This document shows, one piece after another, positions 32,182-43,700 of a stretch of DNA of 64,000 nucleotides (position 1 is the stretch's first letter; every line of letters begins with the position of its first letter). The position numbers and the translations under genes were made by a program. The notes beneath the pieces are model-generated. The model made no database searches and was not told the origin of the DNA. It saw only the letters and a list, made by a program, of their open reading frames with translations. The stretch is from NCBI GenBank assembly GCA_965240325.2, contig OZ251239.1, forward strand, positions 1,302,001-1,366,000, in the 5' to 3' direction. Source of the stretch: Rebecca billardiae RCC1528. Lineage: Eukaryota; Protista; Haptophyta.

Positions 32182-34046
32182 TTAGGCCTGCGACTTGATG
32201 TCGCCAAAGCTCTCAACCGGCGGCGGCTTGTATGGAACGAAGGCGAAGCCAACCATGACGAGGAGGAAGAAGCCGTAGAACAGCCTGCAATGCGGCACGG
32301 ATCGGCAGGTGCGGGCGCGCCGACCGCGCGCTCAGCGCGTGCCGTGTCGGCTGCACGCATCGGCGTGTCGCGCGCGCGCGCGCGCGCGCACCAGCCGAGC
32401 ACGCCGTTCCACAGCGCCGGGTACCCGCCGTACTCGCCGGTCTCCGCGGCGCCGACCCACGCGAAGAGCTGCACGAGCAGCACGAGCGGGAACGAGATGT
32501 ACTTGACGAACACCGCCCACGTGTACGCGACCGCGTCGCTCTCCGTGCAGAGCAGCTCCTTGGCGACGCCCGCCAGCCGCGCCGGGTTGAACTCCTCGGC
32601 GATCGTCTTGGGCGGCTCGAAGCCGTCGCCGCGGAACGCCCAGCCGACGGCGAAGAGCGTCGTCGCGCCCATCAGCGCGAGGATCAGGTTGAGGTGGTAG
32701 TCCACGATGTCGAGGTAGTACAGCCCGCCCTGCGTGCAGTACCCAAACGTGGTGAACATGGAGAGGAAGCAGAGGCCGACCGCCACGTACTCGCGCTTCA
32801 GGTGCTTGGCCCACTCCATGTGCGTGAGCCGCGGCACGTTGTCGATCACGATCGCCGCGACGGTCTCGATGAGCGAGAACGCCGAGTCCAGGCCGAGCGT
32901 GAAGAGCATGACGAAGAAGACGACCTGTGGCACGGCGCGCCGCGGGGCGCCACGCGGCCGCGCGTGCGTGTGGATGGTGAGGCGCCGCGAGAGCCTTGCA
33001 TGCGCGCGCGCGCGCGGCGAGGCGAGCGCGCGCACCGAGAAGAAGGCCTGCAGGCCGACGCCGCCCGGCATCTGCGCGATCGCGTACGGGTACACGACGA
33101 ACGCGAGGCCGGGGCCGCCGGCGACCACCGCCTCGACCGGCACGCCCTGCACGTGCGCGAGGTAGCCAAACGTGCCAAACACCGCGACGCCCGCGCAGAG
33201 CGAGACGGTCGAGTTGCCGAGCGCGATGATCAGGCCGTCGCGCACGAGGGTCGTCTTGGACGCGTCGTTGTACGAGCCGTACGTCGTCATGATGCTCATG
33301 CCCAGCGAGAGCGAGAAGAAGATCTGGCCGAACGCGTCCACCCAGACGGAGAAGTCGGAGAGCGGCGTCGAGTTGGGGCCGCCGGCGACGTAGTAGAGGA
33401 GGCCGTCGCCCGCGCCGGGGAGCGTGACCGCGCGGATGATGAGGCAGAACAGGCAGACCATCGGCAGCGGCATCGTGATCATCACCACCTTCGACATGAG
33501 CGAGGCGCCCTTGAAGATGCACGCGGCGACGATCACCCAGCCGAGGCACGCGCACCCGATCACCGCGGGCACGAGCTCGCCCATCTCGTCCGGCCCGCTG
33601 GAGATCTGGAGCACGTCGTTGAAGAAGAAGCCCGCAGGGTCCTTGCTCCACGGCAGGTTGCCGGCCCCGTCCGTCGTGAACGAGTGGCCGAGGTAGACGA
33701 GCGACCACGCGAGCACGGCGAGGTAGTAGCTGTTGAGCAGCGCGCCGACGAGCGCGCCGGCGAGGCCGACGCCCTTGAAGAGCTTGTTGACGTGGGCCAT
33801 CGTGTCGTACCCGTTGAACTGGTACCGCTGGCCGATCCCGAGCTCGAGCAGCAGCAGCGGGATGCCGACCGCGAACAGCGCGATCAGGTACGGGATCAGG
33901 AAGAGGCCGCCGCCGTGGCGCGCCGCGAGGACGGGGAAGCGCCACAGGTTGCCCAGGCCGACCGCGCTGCCCATCGCGGCGAGGACGAAGCCGACGCTGC
34001 CCGTCCAGCGGTCGCGGTTACTCTCCTGATGCTCAACCTTTGGCAT
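32182..34046 (-). CDS. Sodium:neurotransmitter/amino-acid symporter (NSS/SNF, SLC6 family)
   Basis: RDRW...GSAVGLGNLWRFP, GGGLFLIPY, QIFFSLS, GPGLAFVVYP, LGLDS. ATG at 34046. Predicted introns 32925-33035 and 32285-32391. Stop TAA at 32182-32184. Confidence 0.93.
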
Positions 34047-34639
34047 GGCTGCGCGCCGCCGCCGTGCAGATGTTGCGTGCAGCGAGACGACGAGGGGTGG
34101 ACCACCCGTGTTACCGGCCGAATTTGCGCGTGATTGCGAGCGGTGGCGCGCGGTGCAAACCGTGCAATCACACTCGAAGTAGTCGGGTTCGTCGCCTCGA
34201 ACGTCGGCGAAGTTCAAATAATGATGGGTTCTGCCAAGGGTCCAGACGCGTGATGCGCTCGGCTTTTAGATCAGGACCGAACTGTCCTGAGCCTTCGGCT
34301 TTAAAATACGGAAAGGTATCGAAATAGACTGATGGTTGATTTTTTTTTAAATTCCCCTTTATAACGGGCTCCGGGTGATCAGGCTGGTTGATGAGCATCA
34401 TCAGCCGGGTGAAAGTTGAACAGTCAAGATGCCTCCGCCGCCGCATCCGTAGTATCATAGTACGGAGGAATTGGTCAGATACCGTTGTCACATCGTTAAA
34501 AAGCTGCGGGTAGAAATGCCCAGCAGATCAACTTTCGGATGATGATGACCAGAATTACCGACTACTAGTAGGTGCATCAGGGAATTTCCAAATTTCTCAG
34601 GCCGGCGAAGCGAAGCTCGACGGCCTGAAGAGCCGTCCG

Positions 34640-35005
34640 TCTGCCCACCGCAACCTGAGAAAGCTGCGGAGTCGGAGCGGAACCATGACGACGGTGATGA
34701 GGACGCCGAACTCGTCGAGCATATCCTGCGCCGTTCGGATGGGATTGCTCGTCCACATCGAGATGGCACGCGAGATCGAGAGCAGCGAGCGGCGTTGCGC
34801 CGACATCGCGGATGTCTGCTGCAGCAGCTCGGGCCCGAGGTCGCCGGGCGTCGCGCATGCGGCACATGTACTCATCATGTAGACGCGAGTGTAGTCCGAG
34901 TGGTGGTCGTCGATGAAGCTGGGCGCGTGTATGTGCGCGAGGGGGGTGCCGCCAGCCGTGTGCGGCACGGCATCGCCGCACGGGTTGAATAAGTCGAGCA
35001 AAGGC
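34640..35005 (-). mobile_element. Degenerate Ty1/copia-type integrase (rve) fragment
   Basis: LDLFNP...PHTAGG...SFIDDHHSDYTRVYMM...DMLDEFGV resembles the copia consensus D-l.GP...gg..Y...fiDd.sr..wvy. It is isolated, with no LTRs seen. Confidence 0.5.
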
Positions 35006-35710
35006 GTGGCTATCGTCACAGCGGCACCGCGTCTCCCGGCCTGCTGTCACTACTCACTCGGAGCGATGCCGCCAGGCCAGGGGTGATCGCGTCTGCCGTC
35101 AGCCCAACGATGGGCTGTGCTCTACGTTATGTGCGTTCGTCTATCCGTCTTGCCAATGCTTGCCCAAGGTCGAAAATCTGCCACGCAGGCCATACGGCCT
35201 ACACCGTGTGGCACAGAAGCCAACGCGAGGCACCGGACGTCTACACTACAACCGCGCTCGCGCGCTGGAAGCCAGGCTGGGCCCCGCTCAGCGACGTGCT
35301 GCAAACGTCCCAAGCACGAGTGCATGCGCAACCCGCACTAGTTTGCAGTTCCTGCCTTGCTTGACGACTTGGCACTAGCTCACACTCCGCCCGGGCAATC
35401 AGGTGATCTACGCCGTGTCTCGCTCCGGCAGCAGCTCCTGGTGCTGAACACAACCGCATGCCGGGCACCTGTGCTGCGTTGTATAGCAGCGCATGGCATG
35501 CTCGGCGGCCGCGTCGGGTGACCCAGCGCGACAGCTTGAGGTCGTCACGATCGGTGATCGGTCCTGCGGCCGGCGCTCAGCATTCCGCCATTCTGCATTC
35601 AGCTGAGACCGGCGTCCGGGGCCGCCGCCCGGCGCGCCTCATCTGGCGTTTCGGGACTTTCGGCAGCTCGGCCAGCCCGAGCGGGGCCCTGCACGGCAAA
35701 CCATCGAGCC

Positions 35711-38314
35711 ATGGGGTGGCGCGCGCTCTTGGCGTGGCTGCTCGCCGCGGCCGCCGCGTGCCACGCGGGTCGCACGCCGAAGGGCTCGCGGCCGCGCATG
35801 CTCAAGCCCTCGGTCACGCACATCCTCGCGCCGGCGGACAGCTACCTCACGCCGCCGCGCGCCGAGCCGCTCGGGCGGATGCACTCGCTGCGGCCGCTCC
35901 GGCAGATCTTTGCGGCCGAGGCGGAGGAGGCGGCGCGGGAGGAGCGCGCGCGCGCGTGGGCGGAGGTGGTCGGGAGCAAGGCCTCGCTCCGCGACCTCCG
36001 CACCCTCCTCGCCGCCTCGGGCTTCCGCCCGATGACCGCGCACGACGTGGAGCTGTGCGAGGCGCTCAACGCGGGGTACTTGCTCCGCCTCGCGCTCATC
36101 TCGCGCATGGACGGGTACGACCCGACGCTCGCGGACGACCTGGACGTGCCCGCCGAGTCGCGGCTCTTCGGCGGCCGCGCCGTCCTCTACGTGCGCGGCT
36201 ACGGCAGCGAGACCACCTCCGGGCTGCTGCTGCTGCAGAAAGTCGACTACCTTCAGGCGGCGCTCGTGCAGCGCGCGGCCGCGCGGCTCGGCCGCGCGTC
36301 CAACGCCGTGCGCAGGCGGCTGTCGCAGCTCGCCGTGTCGCTCTCGCGGTGGCGCACGCCGGGCGAGCGCGGCGCGCCGAACGCGACGCTGCCCGCCGCG
36401 CCGGCCGACGAGGGCGCCGACGAGCCAGACCCCGCCGAGGACGTGGGCGCGGCGGGCGCGGCGGCGGCGGCTGCGGCGGACGCGGCCGGCGCGGCCGCCG
36501 TCGCCGCGGCGGAGGCGGCGGAGGCGGCCGTCGACGCGGTGACCACGGCAGCCGCGACGGCCGCGGTGTCGGCCATCAACAACGCCGGCCGGCAGATCGC
36601 GCCGCTCGCGCGCTACGGCGCGTGGGTCTCGCCCGGCGCCGCGCGGGAGGTGCTGGAGCCCTTCCTCGCGCCCAACGGCACGGCGGGCGCCGACGGCGCG
36701 CCCGATGACTGCCGCGTGCTCGCGCGCGTGAGCATCGGCGACATTCTGGACAAGACGCGGTTCGGGCTGACGCCGCGCGGGCTGCGCTCGGTGCGCGCGC
36801 TGCTCAACCGCGCGCAGCTGCAGGAGCCCACCTTCGCCGAGCTCGTCGCAGTCTGGCGCCCGCTCTCGGACGAGCCGCCGCGCCGGCCGTGGCCGCTTGC
36901 GCCCTGGCGCTCCGTGCGGCTGCCCAAGCTCGTGTACGACGTCGCCGACCACTTCGACTTTGCGAACCGGCTGCCGCCGCGTCGGGACGGTGCCGCGGCT
37001 CCGGCGGCCCAGGCGGCGACGGCGGCGACGGCGGCCTCGGTGGCGCCGCCGAGCCAGGCAGCCGCCACCTCCGCCGCCTCTGCCGCCGCCGCTGCCGAGG
37101 AGGCGGCGGAGGCGGCGGAGGCGGCGGAGGCGGCGGAGGCGGCGAAGGCGGCGGAGGGCGAGCTTGGGGCTGAGCGGCGCAACGGCTCAGAGGCCGGCCC
37201 GCTTGGGGGCGAACGCGCCGAGGAGAAGGCCGCCGCCGCGCCCCGGCGGCCGCTCGCCGAGGTGCGCGTCTTCAGCTCGGTCCCGCTCGCCAACTTTGGC
37301 GCCGTGCTGCCCGGCAGTCGTCTCGCCTTCCGACCGTTCGACGCGCTGCGCCTCGACGTGATCTCGCTCGCCTCGCTGGTGGCGGCGTTCGTCGGCCTCA
37401 GGCTGGATGACCCGAAGTACACGCTGCTCGCGGCGGTCTCGTTTGTGCTGTGGCTGGTGCGCACGCTGCTCGCGTACCGGAACATGATCGTGCGGTATGA
37501 CCTTCTGGCAAATCGCTTCCTCACCTCGCGGCTGGCGGCGCGCGGCGCGGGCGCGCTGCGTTACGTGCGCGCCGAGGCGGCGGCGCAGCGCGCGCTCCGC
37601 GCGTCCGTCCTTCTCGAGTGGCTGCTGCACCGCGAGCACGCCGGCGGCTCGAGCGCGAGCCGGCCGGCGACGCGCAGCGCGCTGCAGGTGGAGAAGCGGC
37701 CGATGCTGCGCTGGGCGCTGCCCGCGGCTGAGCCGGCGACCAGCTTCGACTTTGCGGGCGCCATCGCCGACCTCGCGAGGCTCGGTGTTGTGTACAGCAC
37801 AGCCGAGGCGGCGCAGGGCGTGCCGGAGAGCGGCGGGCGCGCCGACGACGCCGAGCTGCCCGCGGCGCAGCAGCACGCCCCGCCCGAGCCGACGCTCACG
37901 GCCGTCGACAGCCGCCTGGTGCCGCGCGCGCTGCGCGCGCACTGGCAGCGCCTCCTGCGCGTGGGCGCGGGCGAGGATGGCACGCTCGATGCCGCCGACG
38001 GCCCGGCTGCCGAGCCGCGACCGGTGCCGACGCCATCGGCGCTGCCGGGCGAGCCGCCTGGCGAGGAGGAGCGCGCGCACGGCCGCGCGGTCTCCGATGC
38101 GCAGCGCCGCCGGCGCGGTGCGGCGGCGGCGTCGTCCTCCCTGGTGGGCAGCAGCACCGGCGGGGGCGACGATGGGGCCGGCGACGGCGCCAGCAGCGCC
38201 GCGGGAGCGGCGCCACTCCCGTCGTCGCTCGACGACTCCTCCGCCGCGTCTGCGGGCGCTGACGACGACGAGCAGCAGAGCCCGCCGTCGACGTCGTCGT
38301 CGTCGGAATCATGA
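35711..38314 (+). CDS. DUF3754-like membrane protein with N-terminal signal peptide (possibly plastid-targeted)
   Basis: 867 aa. Signal peptide MGWRALLAWLLAAAAACHA. ALNAGYLLRL, LQEPTFAELVAVW, VFSSVPLANFGAVLP...FRPFD followed by two TM helices, as I recall for DUF3754 proteins. Confidence 0.7.
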   Translation: MGWRALLAWLLAAAAACHAGRTPKGSRPRMLKPSVTHILAPADSYLTPPRAEPLGRMHSLRPLRQIFAAEAEEAAREERARAWAEVVGSKASLRDLRTLLAASGFRPMTAHDVELCEALNAGYLLRLALISRMDGYDPTLADDLDVPAESRLFGGRAVLYVRGYGSETTSGLLLLQKVDYLQAALVQRAAARLGRASNAVRRRLSQLAVSLSRWRTPGERGAPNATLPAAPADEGADEPDPAEDVGAAGAAAAAAADAAGAAAVAAAEAAEAAVDAVTTAAATAAVSAINNAGRQIAPLARYGAWVSPGAAREVLEPFLAPNGTAGADGAPDDCRVLARVSIGDILDKTRFGLTPRGLRSVRALLNRAQLQEPTFAELVAVWRPLSDEPPRRPWPLAPWRSVRLPKLVYDVADHFDFANRLPPRRDGAAAPAAQAATAATAASVAPPSQAAATSAASAAAAAEEAAEAAEAAEAAEAAKAAEGELGAERRNGSEAGPLGGERAEEKAAAAPRRPLAEVRVFSSVPLANFGAVLPGSRLAFRPFDALRLDVISLASLVAAFVGLRLDDPKYTLLAAVSFVLWLVRTLLAYRNMIVRYDLLANRFLTSRLAARGAGALRYVRAEAAAQRALRASVLLEWLLHREHAGGSSASRPATRSALQVEKRPMLRWALPAAEPATSFDFAGAIADLARLGVVYSTAEAAQGVPESGGRADDAELPAAQQHAPPEPTLTAVDSRLVPRALRAHWQRLLRVGAGEDGTLDAADGPAAEPRPVPTPSALPGEPPGEEERAHGRAVSDAQRRRRGAAAASSSLVGSSTGGGDDGAGDGASSAAGAAPLPSSLDDSSAASAGADDDEQQSPPSTSSSSES

Positions 38315-38714
38315 CCTTGACGCGACCACCAGGCCGTGCTTCTGGTGGCGCACACGATGACAGAATGCAGCAGCACTCTCACGTCATCTCTCTCAAGCTC
38401 TCTCTCTACTCCTCTCTCTCTCTCTCTCTATAAGCGTCATCATCGCGTCAGTATACTAATCAGTAGCAGTACGTACAGTGAAGTAGTCACCGTGAATGCC
38501 ACGACGACCGCGCGGCCCGCGGCTGCAGCCGGGTGCCCGAGCGCCCCGCGGCGGCGCCGGCCGTGCTGTGGCCGGGCGGTCCCACTGATCCGCGGGATGC
38601 AGCCGTCACTGCGCTGGTGCTACCAACGAGCAGTGCCCCGCGCCGCGCTCATTGGCATTGCTGGCGATGCCTGCGCCTTGATCTCACGCTCGTGCACAGC
38701 CTGCCCAGCCGAGC

Positions 38715-39068
38715 TCACAGGCTCTGCAGGCCGGCAAGCGCCTCAAAAGCTGGCTGCTGCACGCAATCAGTCAGCGAGCTGACGAGCTTGGACGTGGTCG
38801 AGGCCGGCGGGTCGCAGCCGAGCCGGGCGAAGGCGGCCGTGATACTTTCGGTCCCACACACTGCGTCCGCGCCCTTCGCGAACACCTCCCAGCTGTTCCC
38901 GTCCAGTTCGGTCGTGCAGTTGAGCGCCGACTCCGTGGCATCGCCTGTCTCCGCGCTTCCGCCGGAGGCCGTCGACGGCGAGGCGCACGAGAAGGGCGCG
39001 TTTGGGACGAAGATGGGTTGGTCGCAGAGGGAACTGGCGGATCCCATTCCGAGCTTCGGGAAGGACAT
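38715..39068 (-). CDS. Hypothetical small protein (uncertain)
   Basis: 117-aa ATG ORF with moderate coding-like codon usage. No recognisable motif. Confidence 0.3.
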   Translation of the reverse strand: MSFPKLGMGSASSLCDQPIFVPNAPFSCASPSTASGGSAETGDATESALNCTTELDGNSWEVFAKGADAVCGTESITAAFARLGCDPPASTTSKLVSSLTDCVQQPAFEALAGLQSL

Positions 39069-39454
39069 CTTGGCTGACGGCCGAAGACGAGGGGCTGGTT
39101 GAAGGTCGTCGGACCAAGGGGCTTACAAAATACCACGTCGGACGGCACGCCGCACGCGACGCGTCGGCGCGGTGTTGTCGGCGGGCGCGAGCCACCAGCA
39201 GCGGATCCCGGCGGGATCCGTCCCGGTGAGGATTTTATTTATTTATTGCGATGCGCTGAACAAGTTCCTGTCATCGTACGACAGTATTATTCATTTTTGC
39301 AAGCAGTGAAAATGGCGCGAGTGACGGTCGTCGTCATCGTCGCGTGCTCCTGCGCGCTGCTGCGAACGGCTGCCGCCCACGCCGCATCCTCGCCGGGCGC
39401 AGCGGCCCGCCCCACCGCGCGCCGCGCCGCGCCCTCCCGCCACGCCCGCGCCCC

Positions 39455-40302
39455 TCACGCCGCGCGATGCCTCGACGTGATGATCCGCGAGAAGTCGTCG
39501 TGCCCGATCTCGCCTGTGCCAGATGTGTCCGCCTCGGCGATCATCTCGAGCAGCTCCTCCTCCGAGATGGTCTCGCCGATCTGCTCGGCGATCTCCTTGA
39601 GGCGGGAGAAGGTGATCTTGCCCGTCGCGTTGTCAGCCTGCGAGAAGAGCCGGAACGCCTTCGCCACCTGCGCCCGCCGCGCCACGGCGCGCGCGCGGGG
39701 GGGGGTTCGGGCGGTTTGGTTGGTTCACAAGCCAAGCCGCCATGCCGCGCGCGCGGTCGAGATGTCGCGCCGCCCGCCGCGCCCCCCGCCACCTGAGCCT
39801 GCCGAGCCCGCGCAGGCGCGGCCCACGCGCGGCGCCGCCCGCCCCCCGCGCGCCCGCGCACCTCCTCCGCCGTCGGCCTTTCGCTCAGCTTGTCCAGCAC
39901 GATCTGCAGGTAGCCTTCAAAGTCGACCTGCCCCGTGTTGGCCGAGTCGACCTCGGAGAGAAATCGCTTGATCTCGAGCTTGGAGGGCTCGGAGCCGAGG
40001 GCGCGGAGGAGGACGACCTGCGTGGGGCACGCGTGACGGGGGCGGGGACGGCGCGGACGGGTGGGCGAGCCGCCGACTCGAGCCACGCGCGAGCGATCGC
40101 GGCGGCGCGGCGGTTTGGCGCGGCGGGCGGCGGTGGCGGCCGCGGCGGCGGCGGCGGCTGGTGCGCTCACGAGGTCCTTGGCGCCGACGGTGCCGAGGTT
40201 GTCCTGGTCGAACAGATCGAAGGAGTCGCGGATCTCGGACATCTGGCTCTCCTTCAGCTCGCGCTTCTGCCGGTGGTACCGGCCCGCATCGTGCTTCACC
40301 AT
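39455..40302 (-). CDS. Centrin/caltractin-like EF-hand protein
   Basis: Exons 40302-40171, 40017-39862 and 39667-39455 give 166 aa: EIRDSFDLFDQDNLGTV, LRALGSEPSKLEI, KAFRLF...TGKITF..LK.IA.QIGETISEEELLEMIAEAD. Confidence 0.9.
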
Positions 40303-40777
40303 GATGGCGGCGACGCCACCCTTCACCCCCAGCCCGGATGAAACGTCTGCACACGGTGGCGGCGGCCCGGCCGTGGCGGCGGTGGTGACTCCTCCTGAAT
40401 ACATAGTCTGCTCGTCGTTTCGCCGCGCGCGTGCATCAGAGTAGCACGGCGTCGTCGCTGCTCCATGCGGCCACGCCCGTCGTCTATCGATCTACTCTAC
40501 AGCGCGCCAACGAGCAAGGCGCTTCGGCCTCGCCCGACAACCGACGTCCGGCCGCCGCCGCCGTGCCCGCCGTCTGCGACGGCCCCGGCGCGGATCCGAT
40601 CTGCCGCATCCGGTCGTCAGTCCCGGCGGTGACGTGCCATCTGCTGATCTGGCTCGGCACCACCGCGGCCCGCCGGCCGCTCGTCGGCCCATCCGCCGCG
40701 TCGTGGCCGTGTGCCCGGGCAGCGCCCCCCCTCGACGGGCGTCCGCGCGCGCGGCCCTCGCCCTGCGCGGCGCTCGC

Positions 40778-43700
40778 TCACGGCTGCGGCATCCCCGCAC
40801 TTGTTCCGGGCCGAGTCGCGGGCCGAGAGGCGCCGTCCAAGAAGCCGCCGAGCGCCTCGAGGTCGGCGAGGGAGAGCGCGACCGCCTCGCGCCCCGGCAG
40901 GATCCCCGCGGGCTTGCCGCGCGCGTGCGGCGGCAGCGGCGGCGCGCGCGAGCGCGGCGGCGGGATCGGCGCGCCCAGTTCCTCTGGCGACGCGCCGGCA
41001 GCGTATCCGACGCCGAGGTCGCCGCCGATGTGCGTGAGCGAGCCCCAGGCGCGGAGCGGCGCGGGCGGCGGCGGCTCGCGCGGCGGCGCGAGCTTGGCCG
41101 GCTGCCGCCCGGGCCGCCCGCCCGGCGGCGCGCCGCCGTCGACGCCGCCGCCCGAGTGCGCGCGGCGCATCGCCGAGGCGCGAGGCGGTACACTGCCGGG
41201 CCGAGCGCTGCTAGTGCGCGGCCGCGCGCCGCCGGCGCGCGCGCCGTCGGCCGGCGCCGGCCTGTGCGCCGCGCCGCTGCTGCCCGGGTGCGTGGCGCCA
41301 GGCATGGGCTTGAGGCGGTGCAGCGGCTGCAGGTACACCGACTCGGCCTCCGCCCACGCCTCCGACTGCGTCGACGCCTCGCGCCGCGGGCTGCCGCCGG
41401 GCGCGCCGCCGCCGCCGAGCGCGCGGCCGCCCGCCGACGCGGCGGAGGCGGAGGCCAGCCGCTGAGAAGGGTCGGGCTCGTAGCCTGGGGGGCCTCCGAG
41501 GAGCGCGCTCGACGCGAGCGGCGCGAGCGGCGAGGGCGTCGCCCCGCCGGGCGAGCCCGCCGCCGCCGCCGCCTCGAGCGTGCGCGCGTGCGCGCGCGCC
41601 GCGCTGCCGCCGGTGAGCGCGCCGCGCGCGCCGGGCCTGGCCGCGCCGGGCGGCGGGCTCGGCAGCGGGCGCGCGCCGCCGCCCGCCGCGCCGCGCTCGT
41701 GCGCGCTGGGCGAGGCTCCGAGCGCGCCGCGCGGCGGCGAGAAGTCGACCGCCGCCGAGGCGGGGCGCCGCGTGCCCGGCCGCGCGCCGCGGCCGCCGCC
41801 GCCGAGCGCGCCGACCGTCTGCGGCCGAGCGGGCGCGCCGTGCGGCGCGGCGCCGCCGGGCGGCGCGGCCGCGCCCGCCGCGCCGCCGAAAGGCATGCGC
41901 AGGAGCCGCGGCATGGCGCGCGCCGCGGCCTCCTTCGCCTCTTGCGCGCGGCGCGCCTCCGCCGCCTGCGCCTTCGCCTCCGCCGCCTCGCGCGCCACCG
42001 CCGACGCCGACTGCAGCTGCAGCGCGTGCGCCTCGTCCAGCTCGCGCGCCTGCGGCGGCGCGGCGCGGCGCGGCGCGGCGCGGCGCGGCGCGTGGCGGCG
42101 CAAATGCGGAGCGGCGGGCGTCGGCGGCGCGCGGGTGGAGCGCGGCGCCTAGCTCTGCGCGCGCGCCGGGCACACGGCGCGGCGCGCGCGCGCGCGCGCG
42201 CATGCGCCCGCACCACTTGCAGCCGGCGCGCCGCCGCGCTGATCGGCGGGAAGGTGGTGGCCCGGCCGGGGCCGCCGCGCGCGCTGAGCCCGCCGCCGCC
42301 CGCGGCGCGGCGGTGCGGGTGGCGCGGCGCGGCGGCGAGCGCGCGGCGCGCGTGTTCGGAGAGGATGGCCGCCGGCAGGCGCACCGCCGCGCGCTGCGCG
42401 CTGGGCAGCTGCAGCCAGACCAGCAGCGTCGCGCGCCGCGCCGCGTAGCCCCGCCAGGCCGCCTGAGGGGTAGGGTTGGGGGTTAGGGTTGGGGGTTAGG
42501 GTTGGGGGTTAGGGTTGGGGGTTAGGGTTGGGGGTTAGGGTTGGGCGCGCGTGTGCGTGCGTGCGTGTGCGCCCCCGGCCGCGCGCGCGCGCCGGACAGC
42601 CGCCGCCCCGCAGCCAGCCACCCAGCACCGCCCGCGCGCGGCGCAGGGCGCCCCGGCCGCGCGGCCGCGCCCGCCCCCTCGCGGCTCGCACCTGGATGGC
42701 CACCGCCGCGTCCCGCCTGCGCGCGCGCAGAGCCCCGCGCGCGTCGGCCGAGTCGGTACGCGCGGCGGCCTCGGCGGCGACGCGCGGGACGAGGGCGGCG
42801 CGGTCTGCTTCGAGCTGCGCGCGCAGGGCGTGCAGCCGGCGCAGCTCGTCGTGCGGCGCGCCGCGCACCGCCGCGAGCGGCGAGCCCTGCGCCACGTACA
42901 GGTGGTCCACGCGCTTGCTGCGCACGAGATAGCCGCAGGAAACACAAGGAAACACAAGAAAACAATAAAAAGGAAAGGGAGAAAAGGAAAAGGAAAGGAA
43001 AAGAAAAGAAAAGAGCCAGCAGAAAACAAACACCGCGAGTGTTCAAACGGGCGCGCACGAGGCAAGGCACGCGGGGCGGGCGCGCGGGCAGCACGGCGAG
43101 CAGGCGCGGCGCAGGCGGCCCGGGCAGGGGCGCACGGGGGCGCACGCCGTCAGGGCCGGCAGCGCGCGCGCGCCGCCGCGCGCCGGGGCGCCGCGCTCTG
43201 CCGGCGCCGCGCCGCCGCGCGGCGCCGCACCGCATCGGCTCGTGGATGAGGCGGTGGTTGCGGATGGCGCGGAGCCGGCGCATCTCGGCGCACGCGGCGC
43301 GGCGCCGCGCGGCCGCCTGGATCCGCGTCGCCGCCGCGTGCATGCGCAGCCGCCGCTGCGCGCGCAGCTCGGAGAGCCTCAGGCGCGCGAGCCGGCGGCG
43401 CGCGCAGCGCTGCGCGGCGCGGCGCGCGAGGGCGGCGCGCGCGGCGCGGCGCGGGCGGCGCGTGAGCGCGCGGCGCGCGCGGCGCGTGAGCGCGCACGCG
43501 CGCGGCGCGCGCGGGAGGCGCACGGGACGCGCGCGGGCGCCCACCTGCATGTGCGTCGCGGCCGCGCGCCGGCGCGCGCGCTCGGCCGCGCGCCGCCGCC
43601 GCTCGAGCCGAGCGAGCCGGCGCCGCGCGGCCGCTTGGATGACGACGGCGGCTTCGGCGCGGGCGACGCCGCGGCGCGCGGCGCGCTGGATGGCGCGCGC

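Noticed and set aside
34047-34217. N-terminal extension of the NSS transporter in the ORF track
   Set aside because: It begins at a non-ATG codon. The family-typical start MPKVEHQESNRDRW is at 34046.
35360-35480. GGCACTAGCTCA as a possible tRNA start
   Set aside because: No T-loop GTTCRA and no acceptor-stem complement downstream.
40484-40780. In-frame continuation past the TGA at 40778 (readthrough or selenocysteine)
   Set aside because: Open frames of this length are expected at this GC. No SECIS-like evidence and no conserved motif. An extra intron cannot be excluded.
42467-42545. Real chromosome end
   Set aside because: Only ~80 bp, internal, and flanked by in-phase exons of one gene.
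42509-43033. Hydrophobic 'FLLALFFSFPFLF' / 'FCWLFSFLF' segments as TM domains
   Set aside because: They are translations of an intronic pyrimidine tract.
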